Source: Acidobacteriota bacterium
GTDB taxonomy: Bacteria > Acidobacteriota > UBA890 > WLXD01
NCBI GenBank assembly: GCA_965248695.1
Contig: CBDFKD010000002.1
Span: forward strand, 1,920,001 to 1,984,000
Direction of reading: 5' to 3'
DNA: 64,000 bases
The notes below the pieces were generated by a model. That model saw only the letters and a list, made by a program, of their open reading frames with translations. It was not told the origin of the DNA and did no database searches. A program made the position numbers and the translations under genes. Below are positions 32,049-42,960 of the stretch, piece after piece. Position 1 is the first letter of the stretch. The number at the start of each line of letters is the position of its first letter.

Positions 32049-33545
32049 TCAGTTTGATCGCACCAGCGGAAACAGCTCCGATTCCGTGCGCGCCGTCCTC
32101 AGGATCTCCTCGATACGCCCCACGACGCCGGGCTCGGCGGCCGCTACATCGCGCGCTTCGCCGATGTCGACGCCCAGATCGTACAGCTCGATGGGCCCGT
32201 CGAAACGGTGCCGGAGCGCCTTCCAGTTACCCATTCTGAGCGACTGGCGTCCGCCGAATTCCCAGTACAGATACTCGTGCTGCTCTTGCTGCTCCGGACG
32301 ATCCAGCAGGGTCGGCAGCAGCGAAACGCCATCGCTCGCGGCCGGGCCGTCAACCCCGGCCACCTCGGCGAGCGTCGGCATGAAATCCCAGAAAGCCGAG
32401 ATCTGATCGCTGACGCGGCCGGCGCCGATGCAGCCTGGCCAGCGGGCGATCATCGGCACGCGTACACCTCCTTCGTACAACTGCGCCTTGCGGCCACGCA
32501 GCGGCCCGGCGCTGGCGAAGAACTCGCGGTCGACCCCGCCGACCCAGCTGGGGCCGTTATCGCTGGTGAAGATGGTCAGCGTGTCCGCATCGAGTCCGAG
32601 CTCGGCAACGCGGGCGGCGATACGGCCGATCTCGCGGTCCATACGGGTGATCATCGCCGCATAGGCGGCGCGCGGCGTCGGGTGTGGCAGGTAGCCCTGG
32701 TCGCCGAGGTACGGGGTCTCCTCGAATGTCCCGACGTACTTATTCAGCGAGTCTTCCGGCACTTGCAGGGCAAGGTGGGGCGCCATGAACGGCAGAAACA
32801 GGAAGAAGGACCGGTCCTGGTGCTGCTCTACGAAGCTCAGCGCCTCCTCGACGATGCGATCCATCGAGTACTGCTGCCCGGAGTAGGGCTCGTAGGAAGC
32901 CGGATCCGATGGGTCGGCGTCGAGCGGCAAGGGCTGGTGCGGGTGAAAGTACTCGTTGCCGTCGAGCATCTCCCGGACTCCGTCGCTCCACAGGTGCTGC
33001 GGGTAGTAGTTGTGGGCCAGACGCTGCCCCAGGTACCCGTACCAGCGATCGAAGCCCTGCTGATTCGGAGAGCCGGTACTACCCGGCCCGCCCAGACCCC
33101 ATTTCCCCATCGCGCCGGTCACGTACCCCGCACGCTGCAGCAGGCCGGGTATGGTGACGGTGTCGGGAAGCAGCGGACGCTGGCCCTCGAGGCTGAGGTC
33201 GAACCAGATGTCGCCACGATCGGCCATCTCGTCGTTGTCTCGGATGTACGCGTGGCCGGTATGAAGCCCGGTCAGCAGGGTGCCGCGCGAGGGGGCACAA
33301 ACCGGGCTGCCCGAGTAGTGCTGCGTGAACCGGATGCCCTCGGCTGCCATGCGGTCGAGGCTCGGTGTACGGATGTGGCGCTGCCCGTAGGAACCGAGCT
33401 CGCCGTAGCCCAGGTCGTCGGCAAGGATCAGGATGATGTTCGGGGGCCGGGCCGCGACTTCCTGCCGGGTGCAGGCAGCCAGCGCCAGCGTCATCAGTCC
33501 GAGCGCGAGCACGCCGACCATCCGCACGAGATCGATCCTTCGCAT
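32049..33545 (-). CDS. Arylsulfatase (Cys-type formylglycine sulfatase), lipoprotein
   Basis: PNIILILADDLGYG, CAPSR, GKWGLG, SDNG, GRKAQLYEGG; lipobox LAAC. Confidence 0.93.
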   Translation of the reverse strand: MRRIDLVRMVGVLALGLMTLALAACTRQEVAARPPNIILILADDLGYGELGSYGQRHIRTPSLDRMAAEGIRFTQHYSGSPVCAPSRGTLLTGLHTGHAYIRDNDEMADRGDIWFDLSLEGQRPLLPDTVTIPGLLQRAGYVTGAMGKWGLGGPGSTGSPNQQGFDRWYGYLGQRLAHNYYPQHLWSDGVREMLDGNEYFHPHQPLPLDADPSDPASYEPYSGQQYSMDRIVEEALSFVEQHQDRSFFLFLPFMAPHLALQVPEDSLNKYVGTFEETPYLGDQGYLPHPTPRAAYAAMITRMDREIGRIAARVAELGLDADTLTIFTSDNGPSWVGGVDREFFASAGPLRGRKAQLYEGGVRVPMIARWPGCIGAGRVSDQISAFWDFMPTLAEVAGVDGPAASDGVSLLPTLLDRPEQQEQHEYLYWEFGGRQSLRMGNWKALRHRFDGPIELYDLGVDIGEARDVAAAEPGVVGRIEEILRTARTESELFPLVRSN

Positions 33546-33697
33546 GGTGGCAGTCTCGCATGTGTTTCAATCCCCGCCATGCTGCAAGACTCGTCCTCCG
33601 TCGCCGCCTGGCTCGACAGGTTCTTGGCGGAAGGATGGGCGTGCTGGGTGGACCTGCCACTCGGCGAGGATGTAGCCGTGGATTCAGGAGCCAGCCT

Positions 33698-34699
33698 GTG
33701 AACGATCGGCAGCTACGGTGGGGCGTGGTCAGCACGTCGAACATCGGCCGCGCGGCGGTGAACCCGGCGATCCAGGCCTCCGGCAACGGCGAGCTCGTGG
33801 CGGTTGCCAGCCGCACCGCCGCCGGGGCACGGAAGTTCGCCCGGGAATCAGGAATCTCGCGCTCCTACGGCAGCTACGAGGCCCTGCTAGCGCAGGACGA
33901 CATCGACGCCGTCTACATCCCGTTGCCCAACAGCATGCACAAGAAATGGACCATTCGTGCCACCGAGCATGGCAAGCACGTGCTCTGCGAGAAACCGCTG
34001 GCGCTCACCGTCGACGAGTGCGTCGAGATGCAGGCGGCGGCCGATTCCAACGGCGTGAAGCTGATGGAAGCTTTCATGTACCGCTTCCATCCACGCACCG
34101 AGAAGGTCGCGCAGCTGGTCCGGGAGGGGGCCGTTGGCGAGCTGCGCCTGATCCGCAGCGCGTTCACATTTCGGCTCACGAAGCCCGAGAACATCCGCCT
34201 GCAGCCCGAGCTCGGCGGCGGCGCGCTGATGGATGTGGGCTGCTACTGCGTCAACATCAGCCGCACCATCACTGGAGCCGAGCCCACCGAGGTGCACGCG
34301 CTGGCAGAGTGGGGCCCGAGCGGCGTCGACACGCAGATGGTAGGCACGATGCGCTTCCCTGACGGAGTGCTGGCGCAGTTCGACTGCGCCCTTACGCTGG
34401 AGCGGCGAGAGTCCTACGAGATCGCCGGTACCGACGGCCATCTGCATGTGCCTTCCGCTTTTCTACCTGGAAGCGACGACGTGCAGATCCACCAGCACCG
34501 CAGCCGCGCCGACCCAGAGAGCCATATCGTCGCCGGCGTCGATGAGTATCAGCTGATGGTGGAGCACTTCGCCGCGTGTGTCCTCGATGGCCAGCCGCTG
34601 CGCTACGGTGCCGCCGAAGCGGCGCGCAACATGCGTGTCATCGAGGCCCTCTACCGATCGGCGAGGAGCGGCGGAGCCGTGGAACCGCTGGCGGACTGA
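33698..34699 (+). CDS. Gfo/Idh/MocA oxidoreductase
   Basis: GKHVLCEKP, EAFMYRFHP, GGGALMDVGCY; GTG start after AGGAG. Confidence 0.92.
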   Translation: MNDRQLRWGVVSTSNIGRAAVNPAIQASGNGELVAVASRTAAGARKFARESGISRSYGSYEALLAQDDIDAVYIPLPNSMHKKWTIRATEHGKHVLCEKPLALTVDECVEMQAAADSNGVKLMEAFMYRFHPRTEKVAQLVREGAVGELRLIRSAFTFRLTKPENIRLQPELGGGALMDVGCYCVNISRTITGAEPTEVHALAEWGPSGVDTQMVGTMRFPDGVLAQFDCALTLERRESYEIAGTDGHLHVPSAFLPGSDDVQIHQHRSRADPESHIVAGVDEYQLMVEHFAACVLDGQPLRYGAAEAARNMRVIEALYRSARSGGAVEPLAD

Positions 34700-34818
34700 C
34701 CGCGACCGGCGCGAGGCTTTCAGTCGACGCGAAACTGGCGGCGAGACTCTCTTCAGCCGACACGCGACCGGCGGTGAGCCTTCCATAGGCCGGCGGGCAA
34801 CCGCTGAGTTCAGATCTC

Positions 34819-36138
34819 TCAGCTGGCGCGTGCCTGACGCCAGATTTCCTTCAGCTTCGGACGGCTTCCGAGCGCCAGCAGGCCGATCCGGAAGAGCCGC
34901 GCGCCGAGCTTGAGCGCCAGCCAAGTCGAAACTACCAGGACTCCGAGCGAGAGCGCCAGCTCCCAGACCTGCACGCCCTCCGGATCGAGCGCGACGCGGC
35001 CGAGCACGGTTAGCGGGGCGCTGAACGGAATGAAGGTCATGACTCGAGCGATCGTGCCGTGCGGCGTGTTGAGGATGGCAGGGAACAGCATCATCGGCAG
35101 CACTGCCAACATGGTCCACACCGCCGCCAGCTTCTGCCCCTCCTGCTGGCTATTGCCGAAGGAGGCGAAGGCCAGCATGATCGCGCCGTAGAAGAAATAC
35201 GCCGCCACGAAGAAAAGCGTGCCGGTAATGAGCGCCTTCCAGGGAACCGTTACGCCGGCGGCGACGGCAATACCGGCCGCGATCGTGGCACCGAAGATCA
35301 CCATCGAGAACCAGACGAGCACCTGAAGTAGTCCCGCCGCGCCGAGTCCGAACAACTTGCCTGCGAGAATCTCGTCCGGCGAAGTGGACGACAACAGAAC
35401 CTCCACGACGCGATTCTCCTTCTCCGTGGAGACCCCCTGCACCAGGTAGCCGGTGGTGGTGAGCAGCGCGATCAAGAAGGTCAGGGTGAACGCGCCGGGC
35501 ACCAGGACACGCAAGATCGCTGTCAATCGATCGTAGGGGTGTGTCGCCCCGGCGTCGTCGATGACCCAGTCCCGATGGGTCGCAATCGGATCGGACAGTC
35601 GCGCCCGGATGGTCTCCGGAACCTGTTGCTGAAACCTCTCGAGCAACAGCCCGGCGAGGTTCTCGCGCGCCGTCCCGCGCGGCGCGCGCACGTCGTCACT
35701 GGAGTAGACGTCGATCTCGCCGGACTGCACGAAATCCTCGGGTATGACGATGTAACCGCTGATCTGGCCGGCAAGAAACGCTCGCGTAGCGTCTGCCGAA
35801 TCGTCAAAACCACGAAACACCGTGTCGGTGAAGTGCGCGATCGGGCCGAGGCTGTCAGCGCCGCTTTGTTCCAGCGCCATACGTGCCGGTTCGGGTAGGT
35901 CGAGCAACGAACCAGCGAGATCCTCGCGCAGATCCAGCAGTCCGGCAGAGTCGATCACGCCGAACACCTGCGGATCGCCGTCGATGGAACGCTCGATGAA
36001 GGTGCCGAACCAATTGGCGAAAACCGCATACAGCAGCAGCAACGCCGGCATGCCCAGGGTTGCCAGCAGGTAACCCTTGGTACGCACGATCGAGAGGAAC
36101 TCGAACTCGGCCACCGATGCCACCTGCCGCCGCCGCAT
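34819..36138 (-). CDS. ABC-2 type exporter permease (NatB/YhaP-like)
   Basis: EKENRVVEVLLSS, GKLFG, FIPFSAP; multiple TM segments. Confidence 0.88.
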   Translation of the reverse strand: MRRRQVASVAEFEFLSIVRTKGYLLATLGMPALLLLYAVFANWFGTFIERSIDGDPQVFGVIDSAGLLDLREDLAGSLLDLPEPARMALEQSGADSLGPIAHFTDTVFRGFDDSADATRAFLAGQISGYIVIPEDFVQSGEIDVYSSDDVRAPRGTARENLAGLLLERFQQQVPETIRARLSDPIATHRDWVIDDAGATHPYDRLTAILRVLVPGAFTLTFLIALLTTTGYLVQGVSTEKENRVVEVLLSSTSPDEILAGKLFGLGAAGLLQVLVWFSMVIFGATIAAGIAVAAGVTVPWKALITGTLFFVAAYFFYGAIMLAFASFGNSQQEGQKLAAVWTMLAVLPMMLFPAILNTPHGTIARVMTFIPFSAPLTVLGRVALDPEGVQVWELALSLGVLVVSTWLALKLGARLFRIGLLALGSRPKLKEIWRQARAS

Positions 36139-37046
36139 CAGTGCTCGCGCTCCCGCTGCACGACGTTCACGAACACGTCCTCCATCGAGGCCAGCGCCGG
36201 CTCGACGCGGTGGACGGCAGCGCCGGCCTCGACGAGGGCGCGCACCAGCCCGTCGACTCCCAGCCCCTGCCGTGGCCGCAGCAACCAGTTGCCGTCGCCA
36301 CCATCGGTAGCCTGGAGAATCTCCGCCAGCTCCGGCGGCGCCGCCGAAAGCGATACCCGAATGTCGCCGGCCGAATGCTCGCGGCGCACCGCTTCGGTCT
36401 CGCCGAACACCATGAGGCTGCCGTGATCGATCAGCGCCACTCGATCGCAGAGCTCCTCGACGGCGTTCATCCGGTGTGTCGACAGGATGGTGGTCATGCC
36501 GGCGTCACGCCGCTCCTCGATGAGCTCCTGCACCAAACGCACGTTGACCGGATCGAGTCCGGTGAACGGCTCGTCGAGCACGCAGAGATCGGGCTCGAAC
36601 AGCAACGTGCCGGCCACCTGCACCTTCTGGCTCATCCCCTTGCTGAGCCGATCAACCTTCCAGCTGGCGACATCGGGCAAGCCGACCCGCCCGAGCCAGA
36701 ACAGCGCACGTTGGCGAGCATCGGCGCGGGTCATTCCGTGCAACCGACCGAAGTACGCCAGCACGTCGACGATCTTCTGCTTCTTGTACAACCCGCGTTC
36801 TTCGGGAAGATAGCCGACTCGATCAAGCAATGCGTGGGTCAGCGGCTCGCCGAACAGGTGCACCCCGCCCTCGTCGGCACGGATGATGTCGAGCAGGATG
36901 CGGATCAGGCTGGTCTTGCCGGCACCGTTCGGCCCCAGCAACCCGAACACCTCGCCGCGACGCACCTCGAACGACACGCCGCGCAACGCCACGGTCTCGC
37001 CATAGCTCTTGTGGATGTCGTCGAACCGTACAGCGGTATCGGACAC
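36138..37046 (-). CDS. ABC transporter ATP-binding protein
   Basis: GPNGAGKTS, YLPEERGLY, LSKGM, LDEPFTGLD. Confidence 0.93.
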   Translation of the reverse strand: MSDTAVRFDDIHKSYGETVALRGVSFEVRRGEVFGLLGPNGAGKTSLIRILLDIIRADEGGVHLFGEPLTHALLDRVGYLPEERGLYKKQKIVDVLAYFGRLHGMTRADARQRALFWLGRVGLPDVASWKVDRLSKGMSQKVQVAGTLLFEPDLCVLDEPFTGLDPVNVRLVQELIEERRDAGMTTILSTHRMNAVEELCDRVALIDHGSLMVFGETEAVRREHSAGDIRVSLSAAPPELAEILQATDGGDGNWLLRPRQGLGVDGLVRALVEAGAAVHRVEPALASMEDVFVNVVQREREH

Positions 37047-37120
37047 GGTGGCCTTGCTCCCCGTTCGATCGCGCGCTGGACTCCACGCGCTGGACCTACT
37101 TCCAGGCTTGCGCGCAGCCG

Positions 37121-39433
37121 TCAGCTGCCTTCCGCCGCGTCCGTCGCCCCTGGCGTGCCCTCGAGCGTCTTCAGCACGTCACGCCAGACAAACTTCTCAC
37201 CCATGCCGCGCACGTAGTAGTCCATCCACGCCATCTCGCTGACCGCCTTCACAAGCCGGTTGCGCGGGTCAGGAATACCGTGGCTGCGGCCCGGGTACAT
37301 GAACAGCTCGGTGGGCACCCCGAGCTTCTTCAGGGCCATGTGCAGCTCGACCGACTGCGGGCTGGGAACGCGCGGATCGCCCTCGACCACATGGATCATC
37401 GTTGGCGTCTTGGCGTTCTTGATGTACTTCATCGGCGACTGCTGCCAGTAGGCATCGTAGTTGTCGTACGGGAGGTCATTGCCGAGATAGAACTGGCGAT
37501 TGCGCTGCACGTCGCTCTGGGCGTACATCGAGATCCAGTTGGATGTTCCAGCACCCGAGCTGATCGCCCTGAAGCGGTCGGTGTGGGTGAGGATCCAGTT
37601 GGACCAGTGGCCGCCGGCGCTCCAGCCGAGCGCTCCCATGCGGTCGGGATCGACGATGCCCTCGGCGATCAGGTGATCCACCCCGGTCATGATGTCGTCG
37701 TAGCCCTGTGGGAAGTAGTTGCCGACGATCTCGGTGCGATGCTCCTCGCCGTAGTTCGAAGACCCGCGGTAGTTGGGCTTGAGCACGGCGTAGCCGGCGC
37801 CGGCGTACACCTGCGATCCATAGCCGCCGTTGAAGCGCAGTGTGTCGGCGCCGGCGGGACCGCCGTGGATGGCGACGATGAGCGGGTAGCGTTTTCCTTC
37901 CTCGTAGGCGACGGGCTTCACCAGCACGCCGCCGACTTGCTTGCCGTCGGTCGAGGTCCAGGTAACCTCGGTCTCCTCACCAAGCGCAATGCCCTCGACC
38001 TGACGGTTGACGTCGACGAGCTGCTTCCAGCTCGAGCGCGTGCCGACGTCCGCGACGCTGGCAACGGTGAACAGCGTCGGCGGAGTGCTCGGATCGGAGT
38101 AGTTGATCAACAGCACTCCGGAGTCCTCGTCGCGGCTCACCCTGAGCGCCGCCGCCTCGCGCGTCAGCTGCTGCACCTCATCGTCGGTGACGTCGAGGCC
38201 GTGCAGCTGCCTGGTGACACGCACACCGCCATTGAAGTAGATCGTGCCCCCGTCGTCGGACCAGAAGCCCGGCGATGCATGGCCGTCGAAGCCGGTGCCG
38301 ATCTTGCGAAACGCACCGCCACGATCGGCAACCTCGCGCACGTAGATGCGCCGGTTCTTCATGCTGTAGGCAGACATGTCGTCGGGGGCGGAGAAGGCCA
38401 GCAGGCGACCGTCCGGGGAGAAGCTCATGCCGCCCTCGCCGACCTCATGGTTGTCGGTCAGGCGCTCCACCTCACCGGTCTCGGTCTCCAGCAGGTAAAG
38501 ATCGGCGTTGATCCGTTCCTCGGTGATGTTGCGCTCGTAGCGCTCGGCCGAAGAGCCCGTGAATCCCACCCAGCGGCCATCGTCCGACACCGTGAAGCTC
38601 GCCACGCTCATGCTCGGGTCATCGGTGAGCCGGGTCGCCGTCAGTGAGTCGACCTCGAGCGCCCACAGGCTCGACAGTGGCGTCACCTGATTGCGGATAT
38701 CGACGGTGAACTTCTTTTTCGCCCGCAGCCGCTCATCGGCGTCGGCGCTGTCGGGACGGGTGAAGTAGATGCGGCCGCTGTCGGGGGCCCAGTCCCAGTC
38801 ATCGACCCCGGCAACGTCGTCGGTGAGCTGCTCCGCGGTAGCCGCGTCGATGCCCTGCACCGACAGCCTGAACAGTTGCTGTTGACCGGATTCGCCGCTG
38901 CGGTAGACCAACCACCGGCCGTCGGGGCTGAAGCCGAAGTCCGACACCCCGTCGTCAGCATCCGTTACTCGCCGCGCCTCGCCACCGTCCGGACGCATGA
39001 GGTACAGCTGGTCCCCGCCAGTCGAGTCACCGTCATCGGGGCCACGGTCCCGAGCACGATCACGGTCCGATGCGAATACGAAAAAACGCCCGTCGCGTGA
39101 CCAGGCGGGGTATCTCTCGCTGCGGTCGTCCGTGTAGGTCATGCGGCGGCCTGACGCCACACCCTGCAACAGCGACACCAGATGGATGTCAGTCTGCTGC
39201 GATGCCTCTTCCCAGTCGGGGGTGGATACCGTGTAGAGCATCCAGGTACCGTCCGGGCTGGGGGCGAACGAGCCGGCGCGCGCCATCTCCTGCATGTCGA
39301 GGAAGGTCATGGCGCGCGGTCCCTCGCCCGGCGCCTGGCCAGCGGCCGGCGTGGCAAGCGCGGGGGCGATCAGGAAAACGGCGACTACGAGTGCGCCGGG
39401 CGCCATTGAGAGGCGTGAGCGATAGCCGAGCAT
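37121..39433 (-). CDS. S9 family peptidase (acylaminoacyl/dipeptidyl peptidase)
   Basis: Signal peptide, PD40 propeller, IHGGP, NYRGS, GWSAGG, DPRVP, SHG. Confidence 0.93.
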   Translation of the reverse strand: MLGYRSRLSMAPGALVVAVFLIAPALATPAAGQAPGEGPRAMTFLDMQEMARAGSFAPSPDGTWMLYTVSTPDWEEASQQTDIHLVSLLQGVASGRRMTYTDDRSERYPAWSRDGRFFVFASDRDRARDRGPDDGDSTGGDQLYLMRPDGGEARRVTDADDGVSDFGFSPDGRWLVYRSGESGQQQLFRLSVQGIDAATAEQLTDDVAGVDDWDWAPDSGRIYFTRPDSADADERLRAKKKFTVDIRNQVTPLSSLWALEVDSLTATRLTDDPSMSVASFTVSDDGRWVGFTGSSAERYERNITEERINADLYLLETETGEVERLTDNHEVGEGGMSFSPDGRLLAFSAPDDMSAYSMKNRRIYVREVADRGGAFRKIGTGFDGHASPGFWSDDGGTIYFNGGVRVTRQLHGLDVTDDEVQQLTREAAALRVSRDEDSGVLLINYSDPSTPPTLFTVASVADVGTRSSWKQLVDVNRQVEGIALGEETEVTWTSTDGKQVGGVLVKPVAYEEGKRYPLIVAIHGGPAGADTLRFNGGYGSQVYAGAGYAVLKPNYRGSSNYGEEHRTEIVGNYFPQGYDDIMTGVDHLIAEGIVDPDRMGALGWSAGGHWSNWILTHTDRFRAISSGAGTSNWISMYAQSDVQRNRQFYLGNDLPYDNYDAYWQQSPMKYIKNAKTPTMIHVVEGDPRVPSPQSVELHMALKKLGVPTELFMYPGRSHGIPDPRNRLVKAVSEMAWMDYYVRGMGEKFVWRDVLKTLEGTPGATDAAEGS

Positions 39434-39459
39434 GACTGACTCCGTGGGAACGTGATGGT

Positions 39460-41292
39460 CTACGGGATGTCGAGCGCGGTCTGCGGGCTGACGTACACGA
39501 CACGACCATCAAAGAGCGTCAGCTCGCAAACCATGTCCTTGATATCGGCGGTGGGCACGGTATACGGGTCGCGGTCCCAGACCGCGAGATCGGCGTACTT
39601 CCCCACCTCGATCGAGCCGATCTCATCCTCCAGGAACATCTGCCGGGCACTCCAGATGGTGTAGGAGCGCAGCGCAGTGCGAATATCTACCGACTCGTCC
39701 ATCCCCCACGGGTTGGGGCCATAGACCCCGAGCAGCGTCTCGCGGGCCACGGATGCCCACAGCCCGTAGCGGGCCTCGAAGGGCGTGACGCTGAAGTCGG
39801 AGGCGCTCGCCCAGGTGATCCCCTTGTCGACGAAGGTCGCGAACGGGTTGAGCCGCAGCGCGCGCGTCGCGCCGAAGTTCCCGGCATACGTATCACCAAT
39901 CCACCACATGAAGGGCGGCGAGGGCTCCGGATAGGCGGCGTCGAACTCGCGCTCCAGCCGCGCCATCGTGTCGATCGCGTGATCCGTGGGGACGTTGGCG
40001 TGGATGATGCCGTGACGCATTCCGGAACGGGGATTGTCCGTCAGCGCCATGGCGTAGCTGTCGACCACCCAGTCGATGCCGCGATCGCCGATCGAGTGGG
40101 TGCTGACGTGCAGGCCGGCGTCGTGGAACAGCCGGATCTTGTCGCGCACCAGCTGCGCCTCCTCGACCGGGTAGCCGCGGTTGCCGGTGTCTACCTGATC
40201 GAAGTCGCGGTTCCAGTCGTCGTGCATCCACGCCGTCCGCGCTCCGCCGCTGCCGTCGATCATTAGCTTGATACCGCCGGAGATCAAACGATCATCGCCG
40301 GTCGACTCGTACGGCCTGGTGAACGCCGCGACGCGCTCCACCAGCGCCTCGGCCTCGCTCAGGTCGCCGCGGCTGCGCCAGAGCACGAAGACCCTGACCG
40401 ACAGATCGCCGTCGGCGAGCACATCGGTATAGGCGTCCCAGGTCTCCTGCCCGATGCCCGGGTCCTTCAGGCCGGTCATGCCCTCGGCGTTGAACGCCTG
40501 CGCCAGATCACGCATGCCATCGCGCACCTGCTCGGGGCTCAGCGGCGGAATCAAGCCATTGACCAGCCCCTGGGCGCGCTCCTTGAGGACGCCGGTAGCG
40601 TTGCCGTCGGCGTCTCGATCGATCGTGCCGCCAGGCGGGTCGGGGGTATCGGCGGTGATGTCAGCGAGCTCGAGCGCCAAGCTGTTGGCGGCCCCGTAGT
40701 GGCCCATCGTATGCGTAAGCCAGACAGGGTTGTCCGGCGATACGGCGTCGAGGTCGGCGGCCGTGACATAGCGCAGCTCCTCGAACTTGCCCTCGTCCCA
40801 GCCGCGGCCGCGCACCCATTCCCCCGGCGCGGCCGGCGCAACGCGCTCTGCGACTTTGGCGACCACGTCGGCGACCGAGGTAACCTCCGGATAGCTGAGG
40901 TCCAACACGTACAATCGCGTAGCACCGCCATTGCCGAAGTGAGCGTGGGCGTCGAGCAGCCCCGGCGTTGCGGCCCGGCCGCCGAGGTCGATCCGCTGCG
41001 TCGATGAACCGATCAACGGCTCGATCTCGGCGCTCGTGCCAACGGCAACAATGCGACCGTCCTTCACCGCCACGGCTTCGGCGACGGTGTCCATCGCATC
41101 GACAGTAATGATCTTGCCGTTGACCAGCGCGATGTCGGCAACGTCGGCCGCCGGGGAACCCGGGCCACCGCTGCACGCGACCATGCCGATACACGCCGCG
41201 ACGCAGGCGCCGCGGAGTAGCGGTTCGGCCCCACGCGGGTACTGCGACGGACGCTGAAGGACTTGGTGCTGTGCTACCGATTCGAGGCTCAT
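39460..41292 (-). CDS. Amidohydrolase 3 family (YtcJ-like) lipoprotein; start uncertain
   Basis: PGLLDAHAH, GRGWDE, KLMIDGS, HSIGDRG, GSIEVGKYADL. Confidence 0.88.
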   Translation of the reverse strand: MSLESVAQHQVLQRPSQYPRGAEPLLRGACVAACIGMVACSGGPGSPAADVADIALVNGKIITVDAMDTVAEAVAVKDGRIVAVGTSAEIEPLIGSSTQRIDLGGRAATPGLLDAHAHFGNGGATRLYVLDLSYPEVTSVADVVAKVAERVAPAAPGEWVRGRGWDEGKFEELRYVTAADLDAVSPDNPVWLTHTMGHYGAANSLALELADITADTPDPPGGTIDRDADGNATGVLKERAQGLVNGLIPPLSPEQVRDGMRDLAQAFNAEGMTGLKDPGIGQETWDAYTDVLADGDLSVRVFVLWRSRGDLSEAEALVERVAAFTRPYESTGDDRLISGGIKLMIDGSGGARTAWMHDDWNRDFDQVDTGNRGYPVEEAQLVRDKIRLFHDAGLHVSTHSIGDRGIDWVVDSYAMALTDNPRSGMRHGIIHANVPTDHAIDTMARLEREFDAAYPEPSPPFMWWIGDTYAGNFGATRALRLNPFATFVDKGITWASASDFSVTPFEARYGLWASVARETLLGVYGPNPWGMDESVDIRTALRSYTIWSARQMFLEDEIGSIEVGKYADLAVWDRDPYTVPTADIKDMVCELTLFDGRVVYVSPQTALDIP

Positions 41293-41567
41293 ACGGCCGC
41301 TCCAATGGTCATGGAACCAGGCAACGGGGCCCTGCTTGCTAGGGAGCCCGCGGCTCCAGAGAGTACCGCGATGATGAGCGATGTTCCGAGGTCCGCGACC
41401 ATCCCGACGAGACGCTGGCAGCAATCCATGCCGCCACGCGCTGAGCAATCTCGCGCTACGCGCCCGCAGGAACCACTTCAAAGCCGAGCTTCAGCTCGCT
41501 AGGACTCTGCCCACCCCCGGTCTTCGTGGACGGGCAAGGGCAACTTGGCTCGAGCGATCCGGCGCCA

Positions 41568-42425
41568 CTACTCATGCGCGTACGGCTCGATCTCGAGGGG
41601 CGCACCCCTGTAGTTGCCGTCCGGTATGACGCTGGGCAATCGGTACTCGAGGCGGCTGAGGATCTCGAACATTGCCGGGTCGCCCTGCCTCAGCTTGTCG
41701 CGCGTGTTCAGTGGCCATTCGTGCCCGATCTGATCGAGCCGCCCGGGCAGATCCTGCGCCCCGATGAACGACGTGAACGTCCAGTAGATGTACTCGCTCG
41801 CCTGGCAGTCGTAGTCGCAGGTCTCGTCGTCGTACGTGTACCAGGCGCCTTCTGGATACTCGTCGGGAGGCCTTTCGAAGCGACCTCCCCGAGCCAGGTC
41901 CATGGCGTTGGCGACCTCGGTCCCGGGGACACGATTGAAGACCTCCGGGTAGGCGACGCTCAGCCCGTTGTCGGTCACCATGTGCCAGATCTCCTCGAGC
42001 GCCGTGTCGAACTCGCCGCGCTCCCGAGCACCCGGCCGGGTCTCCTCGTCGTACAGGCCCTGGCCGCGCGGACGCTGACGGCGGGGGATGCGCCGGCCCT
42101 CACCCGCGGTCCTGGTCATCGTGATGGCGCCGTTCGTGTCGATGATCGCCTGATAGATCTACGGGTTGTCGGGCGCCCCGTCCTCGTCGTTGTCGAGAAA
42201 CTGCGCCAGAACGCCGGCCGCGTGCAGGAGCTTGTCGTCGCCCGTCGTGTTGGTAGCGTAGATCGGCACGCCCAGCACTATCACCTTCTTGGTGAACGCG
42301 ACGTCCGCGACCGGCGACTGTTGCTCCTCGGACGCGATCGGCGCGTCAGCAGTGAGGGCAGCGCCGCAACCCGTGGCAGCGAGCGCGCACACCGAACCGT
42401 ACGCCAACAGGACCGGTGCTTTCAT
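41568..42425 (-). pseudogene. Hypothetical lipoprotein interrupted by an in-frame TAG at 42159-42161
   Basis: ORFs 42159-42440 and 41568-42119 are in frame: ...FLDNDEDGAPDNP*IYQAIIDTNGAITM...; lipobox ATGC; EEIWH metallopeptidase-like motif. Confidence 0.7.
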
Positions 42426-42542
42426 GACCTTCTCCGGCACCCGCGGCGCAATATCGCGGCCACATCCCCAGCCCGGTGCGCCCTCGGCAGCTCAGTGACG
42501 TTCACGCCTGTACCAGGCATCCAACGCCCCCTCGGGTTGGGC

Positions 42543-42956
42543 TCAGTACAGCCGGCGCTCTTCCGTAGTTACCGCTGCCAGGAGAAAGGCGCCTGCCGCA
42601 GCCACGAACACCGACGCGTCGAGCGGCGACTTGATCCCCTCGGAAATCGTCATCGCGAGAGCGAACAGCAACAGGAGCAAACCGCTGGCGTTTGCGACCC
42701 AAGTCAGCCGCCAGCCAACCAGCAGTGCGATGGCGAAGCCCAACTCGCCCAGGGTCGCCACCCAGCCGACGATCGGAACGAGGCCGGCGGGAAGGAACCA
42801 GTTGAGCGCGGCGACGTAGTCGAGAAACTCGGTCCAGTTCCCCCAGGCAACCCCGGGCGCGCCCGGGGCTCCCCAAAGACCGAATCGATCCGCCACCGCC
42901 GACAAGAAACCCGCCGCCAGAGCGATGCGTAGGAACCATCGTGCGGCATCCGACAT
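42543..42956 (-). CDS. DoxX-family membrane protein
   Basis: FLRIALAAGFLSAVADRFGLWG...WGNW..F; 4 TM segments. Confidence 0.8.
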   Translation of the reverse strand: MSDAARWFLRIALAAGFLSAVADRFGLWGAPGAPGVAWGNWTEFLDYVAALNWFLPAGLVPIVGWVATLGELGFAIALLVGWRLTWVANASGLLLLLFALAMTISEGIKSPLDASVFVAAAGAFLLAAVTTEERRLY

Positions 42957-42960
42957 TCGC

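Noticed and set aside
34700-34795. Three degenerate ~30-bp tandem repeats between convergent genes
   Set aside because: Too divergent and GC-rich to distinguish from chance or an old slippage event.
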